Assembly: GCA_029260825.1 (NCBI GenBank)
Contig: JAJDCM010000102.1
Location: 3,447 to 67,446, forward strand
Direction: 5' to 3'
Length of the DNA: 64,000 bases
Source of the DNA: Planctomycetota bacterium
GTDB taxonomy: Bacteria > Planctomycetota > JACOTG01 > JAJDCM01
Position numbers and translations under genes: made by a program. Below the pieces are notes generated by a model. That model had not been told where the DNA came from, did no database searches, and worked only from the letters and a program-made list of their open reading frames with translations. Positions 20,377 through 30,681 of the stretch are shown here, in pieces (position 1 is the stretch's first letter; the number at the start of each line of letters is the position of its first letter).

Positions 20377-23201
20377 CGGCGCCTCCTCGTCAGCAGAACG
20401 ATGAACGTGAGACCCAGAAGTAGAAGCCCGAAGTTTGAGAGGGCAGGAATGGCTGTTGGTCCAGCATTCGGAACGAAAAGACAGGTCGCATCATCGACTC
20501 CGGGAAGGTCCGGATCATCGGTGAGTCGCGTCTGACTGTTCGTCCCCTGAGCGAGGCCATCGTAAAAGACAGCTCCCTGAACGCAAATCTCCTGACCCAT
20601 CGTCCCGTACAAGACAAGGGCATCGATCACGATCACTAGCTGGCCACCAGCTCCGATCACTCCATTGTAGGTCACCCGACCGGCACGTTGATCAAACTCA
20701 AGCCCCCCGGCACGAACGATCGTCGAGGCGTTTTGGATTCGCACATTCCCGGGAAAGATCATCTCGAACTCAGGTCCGTCATTGTCTTCCTGATCACCCG
20801 GCCCATCGTTTTCCAGGATGACGGTATAGACAACCCGGCCCCCCTCGATGAACTCACCTTCCACCGTCATCGTGGCAGAGACATTACTTGGCTCATCCGC
20901 TATGCAACTGGCGCTTCCCTCGCAGTGACTTGTCTGGAGGAACGAAGGGACCATCTCACCGTCCTCACCAAAAATGCAGGGCTCTCCGTCGACGACCATC
21001 ACCTGACTCGTGAGATCAGCGGTAACAGCGATCACATCATCGACAGATCCATCCATGGCATCAAGGATGGCGCAGTCATTTTCGGTGGCCACCGGGAGAA
21101 CAAAGACAATCTCGGTCGACTCGAGAAGCCCGAGCGAAAAAGCAGCTGGAGGCACAAAACCGAGCGCTTCGAGGCTGGAGGTGAGAACAATGTTCTCAAG
21201 AGCAGTTTCCCCGACATTGCTTACCGTCAGGGTAAACTCGAAGTCGAAGGGGAAAATATTGGCGGTGCGAGCAACGTCGATCTCGCACGAAATATCAGGC
21301 ATGACCACATCGACGTTGGCCTCATCGGTTTGAATGAACACCCCGGCTGGGCCAAGAGAGGTGCCAAAGTCTCCAGTGATGGTCGCAACATTGGTGATAT
21401 CCATCGGATGGGACGACGCAAAATTAGCAACCGCCGCATCGTCCCCAAAGGCAAGCTCACCGGGAGAATTTGGATCAAAGGACGAAAAGCTGAACTGATC
21501 AAGAATGTCGCCCCCGAAGAGGGGATCCTCGGCAGCAGTAATGATGACATCCCTCTCACTGGGGCTCGCGTTATCAATCAAAATTCGCCAAAGAACAGCC
21601 GCTGATGGAAGTGCCTTGACGCTGTCGCGGAAGTCCTCCCTGGGGACAATTTCAGCGTCTGCAGCGTCGATGACTCTGTCATTGTTGAGGTCCTGACCAC
21701 AAGCGACCCCCTTGGTAACCTCGATGAGATCTTGAGGAATATCCGCGTCCTGGCCCAGCCTCAAGAGACCTGAAACCGAATCAGGGTTTGAACAATCACA
21801 ATCCGATTCAGCCGTGATTTCAAAGTAGATGAAGTAGACGTTGTTGAAGTTGCGCCCTCCCTCGAGTCCGAACACGACCGAGTTCTTGAGTTCACTGATC
21901 CGAAACTCGATGTCTCGCTCCGGACTCAGGCCGGGGCCGGTAAGTGGGCCATAAGAGAACTGAATATCTTGGTTTGCGATTCCGAAGAAGTTCCTCTGAA
22001 TATTCGACACAAAAGGAGGCGCCGGAAGGATCCCATTGTTGGACTCAAGGGTAAATTCAAGATCGAAGTCCCGCACAGCCTCCGGATTTCCGTTGTCGCC
22101 GAAGTCAATCTGGACTCGATAGCGCTCCGGGCCATTGTCCTTGAAGCCGAAGATACTGTCGAGAACCCCCTGAGACGTTTGGGCGTGCAAGCGATTACCG
22201 TCGGAATCGAAGGGGTTCCCCTCATCGGAAAGCGGAGCCAGTGGATCAAAAGCAAGGTCAAGGCCAAGAAAAAGTGAACCGTTGAGCTGACGAGAGAGCT
22301 TTCCTCGAACCCGGCCCAGATTGAATCCGGAATGCCCGCTACAAACCTGCGCATCGGGTAACATCTCGAAGCCGTAGACACAGGCGAGAAACCTCGTGGC
22401 CAGTGACTGTCGATTGACCCGAATCCTGACACCGCGACCAAGGTCAGGAACCATGAGGGTTCCCGGGTGATTCGTCGGGTCTACATGAATTTGCAGGTCA
22501 CTTGGATCCGCAACCAGGGCCGCTTGCACCCTCTCTCCACCTCGAGTACAGTCAAAAGTGGAAATCCCTCCGCTGGGCGGACCGACAAAGGGTCCGACAC
22601 GCCGACTGGCAAACATTCCGATCGCATGACAGATCTCATGCAACGCAGTCGTCAGGAGGTCAAATTGATTGAGCGGCGGCTCATTCACGTCATCCGTTCC
22701 CGGAGTCGGATCAACAAAAAAAGAAACGTTACTGCTGAAGCTGATCTGGGCCGTGATCGTTTTTTCCGTCTTGCCATTTACCTGAGCTCGAGTAACTCCG
22801 AGGGTGTCTCCATCGAAATCGGAGGCAAAACTGAAGTCAATCGCAAGCGGGCCCACTCCCGGAAGGAGCGTTCTCCAGATTCGAATCGCCTCCTGAACAA
22901 CTGCCCGCTCGGCTGCGTTCAGCAAACGATGATTGGGGAGAGGTGTAAACACGAAGTTGCCGGTGATTCCCTGGCCTCGATCGCAAATCGCATTCCTCGC
23001 GGCTGCGCTGAGCGGCTCATCATCCAGATCATCTCCAAGAGTCAGAGACGCATCGTCCGGATTCGCCGCATTGATGATGTCGCTCAGGCGACCATCGAGA
23101 GTTTGAGCATTCGTGATGCTCGAGAGAATCAGTAGTGATACCAACCCCACAAGACCGTGGAGAAGAGATGATTGAAACGTCTTACGAAGCCAGATTGACA
23201 T
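20337..23201 (-). CDS. Secreted zinc metalloprotease-like protein with C-terminal IPTL/PEP-CTERM-like sorting signal
   Basis: Has a signal peptide MSIWLRKTFQSSLLHGLVGLVSLLILSSITNA, an HExxH motif (ALHEICHAIGM), and a C-terminus IPALSNFGLLLLGLTFIVLLTRRRRY. I chose the ATG at 23201. Confidence 0.65.
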   Translation of the reverse strand: MSIWLRKTFQSSLLHGLVGLVSLLILSSITNAQTLDGRLSDIINAANPDDASLTLGDDLDDEPLSAAARNAICDRGQGITGNFVFTPLPNHRLLNAAERAVVQEAIRIWRTLLPGVGPLAIDFSFASDFDGDTLGVTRAQVNGKTEKTITAQISFSSNVSFFVDPTPGTDDVNEPPLNQFDLLTTALHEICHAIGMFASRRVGPFVGPPSGGISTFDCTRGGERVQAALVADPSDLQIHVDPTNHPGTLMVPDLGRGVRIRVNRQSLATRFLACVYGFEMLPDAQVCSGHSGFNLGRVRGKLSRQLNGSLFLGLDLAFDPLAPLSDEGNPFDSDGNRLHAQTSQGVLDSIFGFKDNGPERYRVQIDFGDNGNPEAVRDFDLEFTLESNNGILPAPPFVSNIQRNFFGIANQDIQFSYGPLTGPGLSPERDIEFRISELKNSVVFGLEGGRNFNNVYFIYFEITAESDCDCSNPDSVSGLLRLGQDADIPQDLIEVTKGVACGQDLNNDRVIDAADAEIVPREDFRDSVKALPSAAVLWRILIDNASPSERDVIITAAEDPLFGGDILDQFSFSSFDPNSPGELAFGDDAAVANFASSHPMDITNVATITGDFGTSLGPAGVFIQTDEANVDVVMPDISCEIDVARTANIFPFDFEFTLTVSNVGETALENIVLTSSLEALGFVPPAAFSLGLLESTEIVFVLPVATENDCAILDAMDGSVDDVIAVTADLTSQVMVVDGEPCIFGEDGEMVPSFLQTSHCEGSASCIADEPSNVSATMTVEGEFIEGGRVVYTVILENDGPGDQEDNDGPEFEMIFPGNVRIQNASTIVRAGGLEFDQRAGRVTYNGVIGAGGQLVIVIDALVLYGTMGQEICVQGAVFYDGLAQGTNSQTRLTDDPDLPGVDDATCLFVPNAGPTAIPALSNFGLLLLGLTFIVLLTRRRRYLASSSRAIGKV

Positions 23202-23387
23202 GGCCCCCGGCCCTCCTCTTTTTGGATCAACATGATCATCCCGCAACAGAGCGCACTTCGATGTAAAATCAAGCGGCAAGGCCCCGGCGGAATCCCCTTT
23301 CTTGGATGAGGGTTAATTATGACCACAAAAAGACACAACGTCAATGAAAAAAGGATGTTATGACTCAAGAGAAGTCAAATCAAGGCC

Positions 23388-26300
23388 TTAACGGGCCCCG
23401 TAAAACACGGTCACATTGTCTGAATCCCGGTTGACCGTCAAAACATCCAGATCTCCGTCCCCGTCCAGATCGGTGGCAAAAATGGCTCGGGGTCGCCCAA
23501 GAACCCCGGACTGGCCCCCTTGGGAGAGATCCAGAACAAGCGGCAGGGGATCGAAAAGGCCCCCACCCCTCTGGATGAAGATGACAACGTTCTCGCTCAC
23601 TTCGCCTGCAACAACGACATCCAGATCCCCGTCCCGATCAAGATCGACAAGATCAACCGAGGAAGGTCGATCCAGGACTCCCCCCGGGCCGAGACCAAGG
23701 TCACTGGCCTCAAAAGATCCTGAGTCTTTCTGAAGGAGGATTGTCACCCCCCGGGTACCGCCGCCCGTGGTCACGACCACATCGAGGTTGCCGTCTCCAT
23801 CCACGTCTCCCCCTTCCAGTGCCGTTGGCAACGAAAGCCCGGAAGCAAGGATCGTTGGCGATGCGTCGAAGTTGCGGGGTGCGGACTGAAAGAATGCGGT
23901 GACTGAATTATCAATTTCGTTGCCTGCAAGGAGATCAAGAAGACCATTACCATCAAGGTCAACGGCAAGCACTGCCTTTGGCGAGTTGAGACCGGAATAA
24001 GAGACGCTCAGAAACCCACTCGGCTCCTCGGGCGCGTTGTAGTAGACGGTGACGGAATCCGGAGCAAATGGATCGTTGATCGACGCGATCACATCGAGAA
24101 GGCCATCCCCATCAACGTCGGCGATTCGAACCTGTCTGGCCAAACTGAAATCAGAAAGAGGAATCGTCTCTCCCGTATAGGTCCCTCCCTCCCGGCGGAG
24201 GATGACAAGGCGGCTCAACTCAAGACTGGAGACGACAAAATCAAGGTCCCCGTCCGAGTCAAGGTCACCCGCATCCACCGAGCCTGGACTCGCAAGATCA
24301 GGAGTGTCCAGGGTCACCGGTTGATCCGCAAAGAGGCCGGGGCTCGTCTGGAGCAAGAGGGAAAGATTTCCTCCGCCAACATTGGCGGTCACGATGTCCG
24401 CGTCCCCATCCCCATCGAAGTCTCCCACCACTCCATCTTCCGGACCTGCTCGATCCAGAAGCCCAATGATGCTCGTCTCCGGGAGGAGCACGGGAGAGCA
24501 CCCCTCCCCCGGGTCGCGTTGCTTTGGCTCAAAAGTGCGGCTTGCCGTCTGATGGAAGATCGACAGCGTTCCGGTAACCAGGGTTGATGCGGAAACAAGA
24601 TCCGCAGCCCCATCCAGGGAGAGATCTCCGGAAGCAATTGCTCTTGGACTTGGGATGGAAATCTCCAGAGGATCCTGATCAAACTCACCCTGCGAAGTCT
24701 GAAAGAAAACCGTCAGGTTGCCGCTCACCTCATTTGCCGAAGCGAGGTCAAGGCGTCCGTCTCGATCAAAGTCAAGAGCGATCACATTGCTGGGTCCTTG
24801 AGTGTTGGAGGCACCTCCAAGCCTTTTCGGCGTAAACCTCCGATCGTCGGCTTGCAAGAACACCGTGAGGTTGTTTCCGTCCGTGTTCGCGGTAATGAGA
24901 TCGATTCGTCCGTTCCCATCCACATCGGCTGCTTCCACGGCGAGCGGACTATCCGTGTTGTTTCTGGATCCAAGGGTCAACGTCGAAAACTCATCCAGGG
25001 AATCCTGGTAGAAGATCGTGATGTTGTCTCCGCGAGTGTTTCCTGAGATGACATCAAGCAGCCCGTTACCATCCACATCGGCAACCTTGACCGCCTCCGG
25101 TCCAAAGCTCAGATCGGAGCCACCGAGCGGCTGAGATCGTGGAGAAAAAAGACCCGGTCCTGTCTGGAAGAAAATCCGCAGGTTGTTGCCCCCGGAATTT
25201 GCCGTTACGAAATCGAGATCGGAATCTCCATCGATATCCCCAAGGGCAATCGCGATCGGGCTTGAATCGGGAACCACGACATCCGTCGACTGATCGATCG
25301 AATAGGTTCCCATATTATCCTGAAAGAAAACTCGCACAACTTCCGTGCCGAGGTTTGTCACGGCAAGATCCGGGCGACCATCTTGATTCAGGTCCCCTGA
25401 GGCTAGAGTCGTCGGGATCGCCCCACCCTCCTGATTCACGGTGAGAGGAGTATACAAGCCGGGGTTTTCCTGAAAAAAGACGGTAACGTTGCCGTTGCTT
25501 CCCGAATCATTGACAACGGCGATGTCAAGATCCCCATCCGCGTCCAGATCTGACAGAACAATGGAAGAGACCCGAACCAGGCTTGGTTCCAGAATCCGGC
25601 AAGCATCAACGTCCAGGTCGGCACGGACAGTCCTTGAAACCACGGATCCAGCTGCTTGCCCTTGATCTTCGTCCAGAGGAAGGACTCGGAGAAGGACGGC
25701 CCCCCCCGAGAGAACATCTCGTGTGTCCCACACAAAAGTATCTTGAGTTCCCGCTCCCTGGGCTGAAGTTTGAACCACGCTGGCCCGATCCTGAATCCGC
25801 CACAATTGATCCGTCACCGGGGGATCAAACGGACGATCGACCGTGATCCGCTGACCGATCCGGTCGTATTGAAGGATCGTTCGAGTCTGCTCGATGCCTC
25901 CTCCGATCGCCAGATCGTTTTCCGTCAGTAACGGTAGCACTCGTAATCCGTCCGCCCCGGCGGACAGTTCCCCGACCTCGCCTTCGAATCCCACTGCAGT
26001 CGGTTCTCGCGGGTCTGGATGGAGCTGAACAATGGGCGTGCTCGAATCCAGGTCGAGCGAACGGAGCTCGTGGCCGGGCACTGAAGGATCATCCGTCACG
26101 ACGAGAAGGCGGGAACCGGAAAGCTCAAGAGCGAGTGACGTGGGATGAGAGAATCCGCCGTTTTGCCCTCTTATTTCCGAGAAGGTCCCGGAATTGAGAT
26201 CCACTCCGATCACCCTGCCTGAACTCGTCTTCCCCCGCTCGGCAACAAACACTCTCCCTCGCGATCTCTCATCCAGAACGATCCCGTGCGGCTCATCGAG

Positions 26301-28097
26301 ACCATCAAGAACGGACGAAGCACAAATCGGCCCGGAGGACCCCGGGTTGAGAGTTAACCGAACAAGAGACGATCCTACGGTGAGTAGAATGCTATCCGAT
26401 CCTACCGGGGCAATGCCCCGAACAATCCCCGGCTCCACGGATGGATTCTCCAGCGACGAGAAAAGAATCTCGGTCGTTCCATCTTTCACTCGAAGAAGTT
26501 GCCAATCGATCCTCCCTCCCGGAGCAAGCGGAAGCGAGAGCGGAGAGTGAATGGCAAGAATTGCACTCCCATCCTCGGAAACGAAAAGAGCACTGGGTAT
26601 CCCCTCTGATCCTGTGGCAACTTCTTCCTCGACGGCACCGGTCCCGAGTCGCACCCGACGAAGTCTGTAGGAGCCGGGAATCGGGGCGTCAAGCAAAAGG
26701 ACCACTTCCCCATTCGCCAGCGGCCGGGCTGAAATCGGCGACTGGAAGATCTCTCCTTTTTCATCAAAACCGCGGGGAATCGGCACCTGGATCCCTCTCA
26801 AGACCTCAAGCTCTCGAAGGAATAGATCCGCTCCGAGCCCTCCTGGACCGAGGATCCCCGCCTGGGACGAGGCCACCTCGGATAACCGAGCGGTTTGAGC
26901 GTCCGACCCCGAACCGAGTCGACCACCAAATGCGACGGGAGCCTCGGTTGCAATGCGCAGACGCTGCCTCTCCTCCGCATCAGCGAGGGCTCGTCTCAAA
27001 TCCGCCGCGCTACCCAGTTCCGGAAACTCTTCCCCGGAGCGGGTCCACTGGAACACGACATCAACAACGTCTTCCTCGTCGTCCTGAACGCTGAAGGGAA
27101 CCGGAATCCCGCGCCGCACATCCGGGTTGAAGACAAAAACATCACTCCCGATGAATGCGCGGGGCCTGGCATTATTGTCAATTCCGAAGATCGGCGTTGC
27201 CACCACATCCCCGAAAACGGGATCGCCGGTGCTTGAAAATGCGCCATCCGTGGGAACAAAGCGCAACATCACCGGACTTGCTACCTCGGGCAAATCTCTT
27301 GCCGCATCCCAAAGAAAAGTCTGTGTGGTTGGGTTTCGAAAAACCTGAACATCATCGAGAGGGGTTCCGACCGAAGTCGCCGGGAGCCACATCGGCGGAA
27401 TCGCTCCGCTGAAAACCGCGTACTCGGCAAGAATCGAGACCCGATCGTTGGACGTATCCGAGACCCGGAAAACGACCTGAACATCGCCGACGATCTCTCC
27501 GTCATCAAGCGCACGGGGGTCGTTCGGGTCGCCCGGGGTGACATCGGAAACAGCGATGGGTTCAATCATGGGAGAATCGTTGCCGACGAAACCCACCTCA
27601 CTCCGTTCTACGGATGAAGACGCGGCAACGAAGCGCAGCTGGATGCATCGGTACGTTCCATCGCCAAACTGATCATCGAAGTTCCAGACGATCGAATGTT
27701 CGGTCCCCTCGACGGATGAGGTCAGGCCAAGAAGAGCCGCCGGATTCTCCAGGAAGGGTTGAATGGCCTGAAATGGCTCGTCTCCGGCGAAATCACAACG
27801 GATCTCGACTTCACCGGGTTCACTCTCAACCGTTCCCACCGCGACAAGAACGTCCAGATCAACCGAGCTGTCGATGCCGCTCAGGCGAAAGGAAAGAATG
27901 GCTGGAGCGGTCTTTTCCCCGTCAATGCGAATTTCGCTGATGTCGAGGCTACCCCCCCCACCGCCTCCGCCCCCCGAACTTGACAATCCGGTAGCCACCC
28001 CGACTGTTCCGGCCCAGCAACCGACGGGTAGACACAGCAAGAAAACCAATGCCCCCAGTCGGAAGTACGGGACACATAACCTGGCAGTTCCGATCAA
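23388..28097 (-). CDS. Giant secreted FG-GAP repeat (integrin-alpha-like beta-propeller) protein
   Basis: Has a signal peptide and a (Gly)8 linker. It carries more than 12 repeats of the D-x-D-x-DG-x-LD ... GNNLTVF[FY]Q type (DVDGNGLLD, DFDRDGRLD, DLDSDGDLD, DLDGDGDLD). Length is 1569 aa. Confidence 0.75.
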   Translation of the reverse strand: MIGTARLCVPYFRLGALVFLLCLPVGCWAGTVGVATGLSSSGGGGGGGGSLDISEIRIDGEKTAPAILSFRLSGIDSSVDLDVLVAVGTVESEPGEVEIRCDFAGDEPFQAIQPFLENPAALLGLTSSVEGTEHSIVWNFDDQFGDGTYRCIQLRFVAASSSVERSEVGFVGNDSPMIEPIAVSDVTPGDPNDPRALDDGEIVGDVQVVFRVSDTSNDRVSILAEYAVFSGAIPPMWLPATSVGTPLDDVQVFRNPTTQTFLWDAARDLPEVASPVMLRFVPTDGAFSSTGDPVFGDVVATPIFGIDNNARPRAFIGSDVFVFNPDVRRGIPVPFSVQDDEEDVVDVVFQWTRSGEEFPELGSAADLRRALADAEERQRLRIATEAPVAFGGRLGSGSDAQTARLSEVASSQAGILGPGGLGADLFLRELEVLRGIQVPIPRGFDEKGEIFQSPISARPLANGEVVLLLDAPIPGSYRLRRVRLGTGAVEEEVATGSEGIPSALFVSEDGSAILAIHSPLSLPLAPGGRIDWQLLRVKDGTTEILFSSLENPSVEPGIVRGIAPVGSDSILLTVGSSLVRLTLNPGSSGPICASSVLDGLDEPHGIVLDERSRGRVFVAERGKTSSGRVIGVDLNSGTFSEIRGQNGGFSHPTSLALELSGSRLLVVTDDPSVPGHELRSLDLDSSTPIVQLHPDPREPTAVGFEGEVGELSAGADGLRVLPLLTENDLAIGGGIEQTRTILQYDRIGQRITVDRPFDPPVTDQLWRIQDRASVVQTSAQGAGTQDTFVWDTRDVLSGGAVLLRVLPLDEDQGQAAGSVVSRTVRADLDVDACRILEPSLVRVSSIVLSDLDADGDLDIAVVNDSGSNGNVTVFFQENPGLYTPLTVNQEGGAIPTTLASGDLNQDGRPDLAVTNLGTEVVRVFFQDNMGTYSIDQSTDVVVPDSSPIAIALGDIDGDSDLDFVTANSGGNNLRIFFQTGPGLFSPRSQPLGGSDLSFGPEAVKVADVDGNGLLDVISGNTRGDNITIFYQDSLDEFSTLTLGSRNNTDSPLAVEAADVDGNGRIDLITANTDGNNLTVFLQADDRRFTPKRLGGASNTQGPSNVIALDFDRDGRLDLASANEVSGNLTVFFQTSQGEFDQDPLEISIPSPRAIASGDLSLDGAADLVSASTLVTGTLSIFHQTASRTFEPKQRDPGEGCSPVLLPETSIIGLLDRAGPEDGVVGDFDGDGDADIVTANVGGGNLSLLLQTSPGLFADQPVTLDTPDLASPGSVDAGDLDSDGDLDFVVSSLELSRLVILRREGGTYTGETIPLSDFSLARQVRIADVDGDGLLDVIASINDPFAPDSVTVYYNAPEEPSGFLSVSYSGLNSPKAVLAVDLDGNGLLDLLAGNEIDNSVTAFFQSAPRNFDASPTILASGLSLPTALEGGDVDGDGNLDVVVTTGGGTRGVTILLQKDSGSFEASDLGLGPGGVLDRPSSVDLVDLDRDGDLDVVVAGEVSENVVIFIQRGGGLFDPLPLVLDLSQGGQSGVLGRPRAIFATDLDGDGDLDVLTVNRDSDNVTVFYGAR

Positions 28098-28411
28098 GGC
28101 ACTCGTTCAAGTTGCGGGCCGACAATCTGCCCGGCAGGAGAAACCCATGAGCTTTGGGGGAGTGAATCCGAGCCTGTATTATCAAAGGGAGGCTGCACCG
28201 CGTCAATCCCTTGTCTTCCCCGAGGTTGGTCAAAACCATTTCCGGCCTTTCATCAAGCCCTCCGAACGAAAAGAGAACGCATGACCCTCAGAATAATGAC
28301 CTGCCAACTCTACGTCGATGGCTGGACACCCTCACCGGTGGGGCATTCCGAGGCGGACGGCCCCCGACGCCCAACCGAATTCGCGGGTGTTTCGATGAGG
28401 ATCGTCCCTGA

Positions 28412-29509
28412 CTACTCGTCGATCCGAGTCCACTCGCTCTTTCGACGAAGTGACCAGCCTTTCCCTGCGTTCTTCGTTCTCTCCTCGATGAATGAGTAAG
28501 AAGTATCCTCAAGATCAGACCAGGTCATACGCGAGACAAGAGTCCCTTTTCCATCCTTCCAGTCAAAGACAATCTCTTCATCGCTCATGGTACCGACCCC
28601 ATTCAGAAACTGATGGGTTTCACCGTCCAGCAGCCAGGCTTCCCATCTCTTTTTTCCCGGCACATTCGAAAAAACGATAAAGCGGCGATAGTCGATGCCA
28701 TCAGGCCCAGTGGTGTTCAAAACGCTGACGACCATTGACCCGAAAATAATCTTGGTCCTTCGAGTCTCCCCCGTCGTCCTTCCGCTGCCTTTCTCGGAAA
28801 CAACTTCTCCTCTTCCTTCCCAGTCTCCGAGCAACACGTCGAGCTTCCGGTCGGACGCCTTTCGATATCGGTTTTTACCCTTCTTTGAGGTGAAGATCTC
28901 ATCTTCGGTGACCAGGGAGGCATCGCGTGTCCGGGAAAATTCCATGATCCAGTTGGTGCGATAAGTCTGTCCGCCGTCGGTTGAGTGGCCGGAATCCCAG
29001 CGAACACTGTTCGGCAAACCATCTGAAAAGGAATACATGGTGATCGTCTCTTTTCCCTGGGCATTTGTCCCGCGCGAGAAGAACTCCCCCCGGCCGTGAC
29101 GGAACTTGCCGGTCAAGATCCCAAAAGACTGGGGACCACCGCCTGGCCAGTTGAGCACTAACTTCCACTCCTTGGCCACAGGATCAAATGCTCGAACGCT
29201 GAACCCATTGACCGTGTTTCCGTCGATGCCGATCCACTGCTCCATGATCGCGCAACCACCAAGGATTGGAGTGATGATCGCTCGAGATCTTGAAGTATCC
29301 TTGTAGGAGCCGTCCGCCTGCAAGAACCGATTATTTACCGACCACTCTCCCACCCAGAAATCAAACTGGCGAGCCTCCGGAATCTGGCAACTTTCAAGGG
29401 TGTCACAGGATTCACTGCCGAAAACCGGCTTCGTCAACAGAAGAAAGCCCGCCAGGGCCACCAGGAAAACGTGAGGAATCAAGCTTGATTGCGAGACGGT
29501 TCTTTCCAT
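28412..29509 (-). CDS. Secreted protein with two tandem DUF1579-like domains
   Basis: Has a signal peptide at MERTVSQSSLIPHVFLVALAGFLLLT. Duplicated motifs are FDFWVGEWSV...W and LDVLLGDWEGRGEV...W. I chose an internal ATG start, since the track ORF has 42 extra N-terminal residues. Confidence 0.45.
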   Translation of the reverse strand: MERTVSQSSLIPHVFLVALAGFLLLTKPVFGSESCDTLESCQIPEARQFDFWVGEWSVNNRFLQADGSYKDTSRSRAIITPILGGCAIMEQWIGIDGNTVNGFSVRAFDPVAKEWKLVLNWPGGGPQSFGILTGKFRHGRGEFFSRGTNAQGKETITMYSFSDGLPNSVRWDSGHSTDGGQTYRTNWIMEFSRTRDASLVTEDEIFTSKKGKNRYRKASDRKLDVLLGDWEGRGEVVSEKGSGRTTGETRRTKIIFGSMVVSVLNTTGPDGIDYRRFIVFSNVPGKKRWEAWLLDGETHQFLNGVGTMSDEEIVFDWKDGKGTLVSRMTWSDLEDTSYSFIEERTKNAGKGWSLRRKSEWTRIDE

Positions 29510-29676
29510 GAGAGCCTCCTTCGCCCGGACGAGCGCCCGCATTTGCGGTTCGAGACCGGGGCCGGTTCTTGAGATCGAATGGTCTTTTGATTGAATAGGA
29601 ATGATCGATGTACAGATGCCGGTCATTCGTTGCAACTCTTCCTGTTACCTAGAACATCATAACGCCGGAACAAGCC

Positions 29677-30681
29677 ATGACAGCACCTGCGAGGAAATTA
29701 CAACGTCGAACCAGGTTCGTCCTCAAATATCTGACAAGACCACGGCCCTCGGGACAGACCCTTCTCCTGGCCATGATCCTTACGGTGCTCTTCCCCAACT
29801 GCAGGGTTTTTTCTCAAGAACCCCGCGTGTCTACTCCCCCAGCTTCCGTCCGTAAGACTTTTTCACTCGCCCCTTTCTACAAGAAGTACCTCAACGTGGA
29901 GGGCCTTCCCGTCGTCAGCTCGTCGAAAGTCTCCGACCACGCCTTGCTGGAGGCAGCCTTTCTCATCAGGAAGATGATCGGCCACCGCCCCGATGTCTTT
30001 GCCGCGATGAGAAAGAACCGGACCCGGCTAGCGATCATGGCGGTGGACGAGCTCACGACTCAGATCCCCGAGCATCGCGATCTGACTCCCTCCCGGTACT
30101 GGGACCGGAGGGCTCGGGGTCTTGGAGCGACCCCGACTCGTCCCGCCGTCAGCTGCGGAGAAGAGAATCTACTTGGCTATCCCGGAGACCCCTACAAACA
30201 GGAGAACATCCTCATCCACGAGTTCGCCCACGCCATTCATGAGATGGGGCTTCGTTTTCTCGACAAGACGTTCGATGAACGCCTCCAGGCAACCTTCGAC
30301 ACAGCGGTGAGGAAAGGGCTTTTTCAGGGGTTCTACGCCGGGACGAATCCGGCCGAGTACTGGGCGGAAGGAGTTCAATCCTGGTTTGACACGAATCGGG
30401 AGAACGATTCCAGCCACAATCACGTCAACACTCGGGAAGAACTCAAGGAGTATGATCCGGGGCTTGCCGCTCTCATTGAGCCGGTCTTTGGGGACACAAC
30501 ATGGCGCTACAAAACTCCCGGTAACCGTAGCAATTCAGCACATCTCATCGGCTACGATCCGATCTCTGCCCCCACGTTCGCCTGGCCTCGAGATCTTGAA
30601 GAATGGTATGAACAATACGAGAGGGAGAAGAGGACCCATCCGGCAAAGACTCAAGAGCCGGAAAAGGAAGATGGATCCTGA
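29677..30681 (+). CDS. Secreted HExxH protein, putative zinc metallopeptidase
   Basis: Has an N-terminal hydrophobic segment LLLAMILTVLFP and the motif ILIHEFAHAIHEMG. Confidence 0.45.
   Translation: MTAPARKLQRRTRFVLKYLTRPRPSGQTLLLAMILTVLFPNCRVFSQEPRVSTPPASVRKTFSLAPFYKKYLNVEGLPVVSSSKVSDHALLEAAFLIRKMIGHRPDVFAAMRKNRTRLAIMAVDELTTQIPEHRDLTPSRYWDRRARGLGATPTRPAVSCGEENLLGYPGDPYKQENILIHEFAHAIHEMGLRFLDKTFDERLQATFDTAVRKGLFQGFYAGTNPAEYWAEGVQSWFDTNRENDSSHNHVNTREELKEYDPGLAALIEPVFGDTTWRYKTPGNRSNSAHLIGYDPISAPTFAWPRDLEEWYEQYEREKRTHPAKTQEPEKEDGS

Noticed and set aside
23330-23388. GGCC...GGCC stem near 23375-23395 as a terminator for the FG-GAP gene.
   Set aside because: It has only a 4-bp self-complementary stem and no U-tract, so it is too weak to call.
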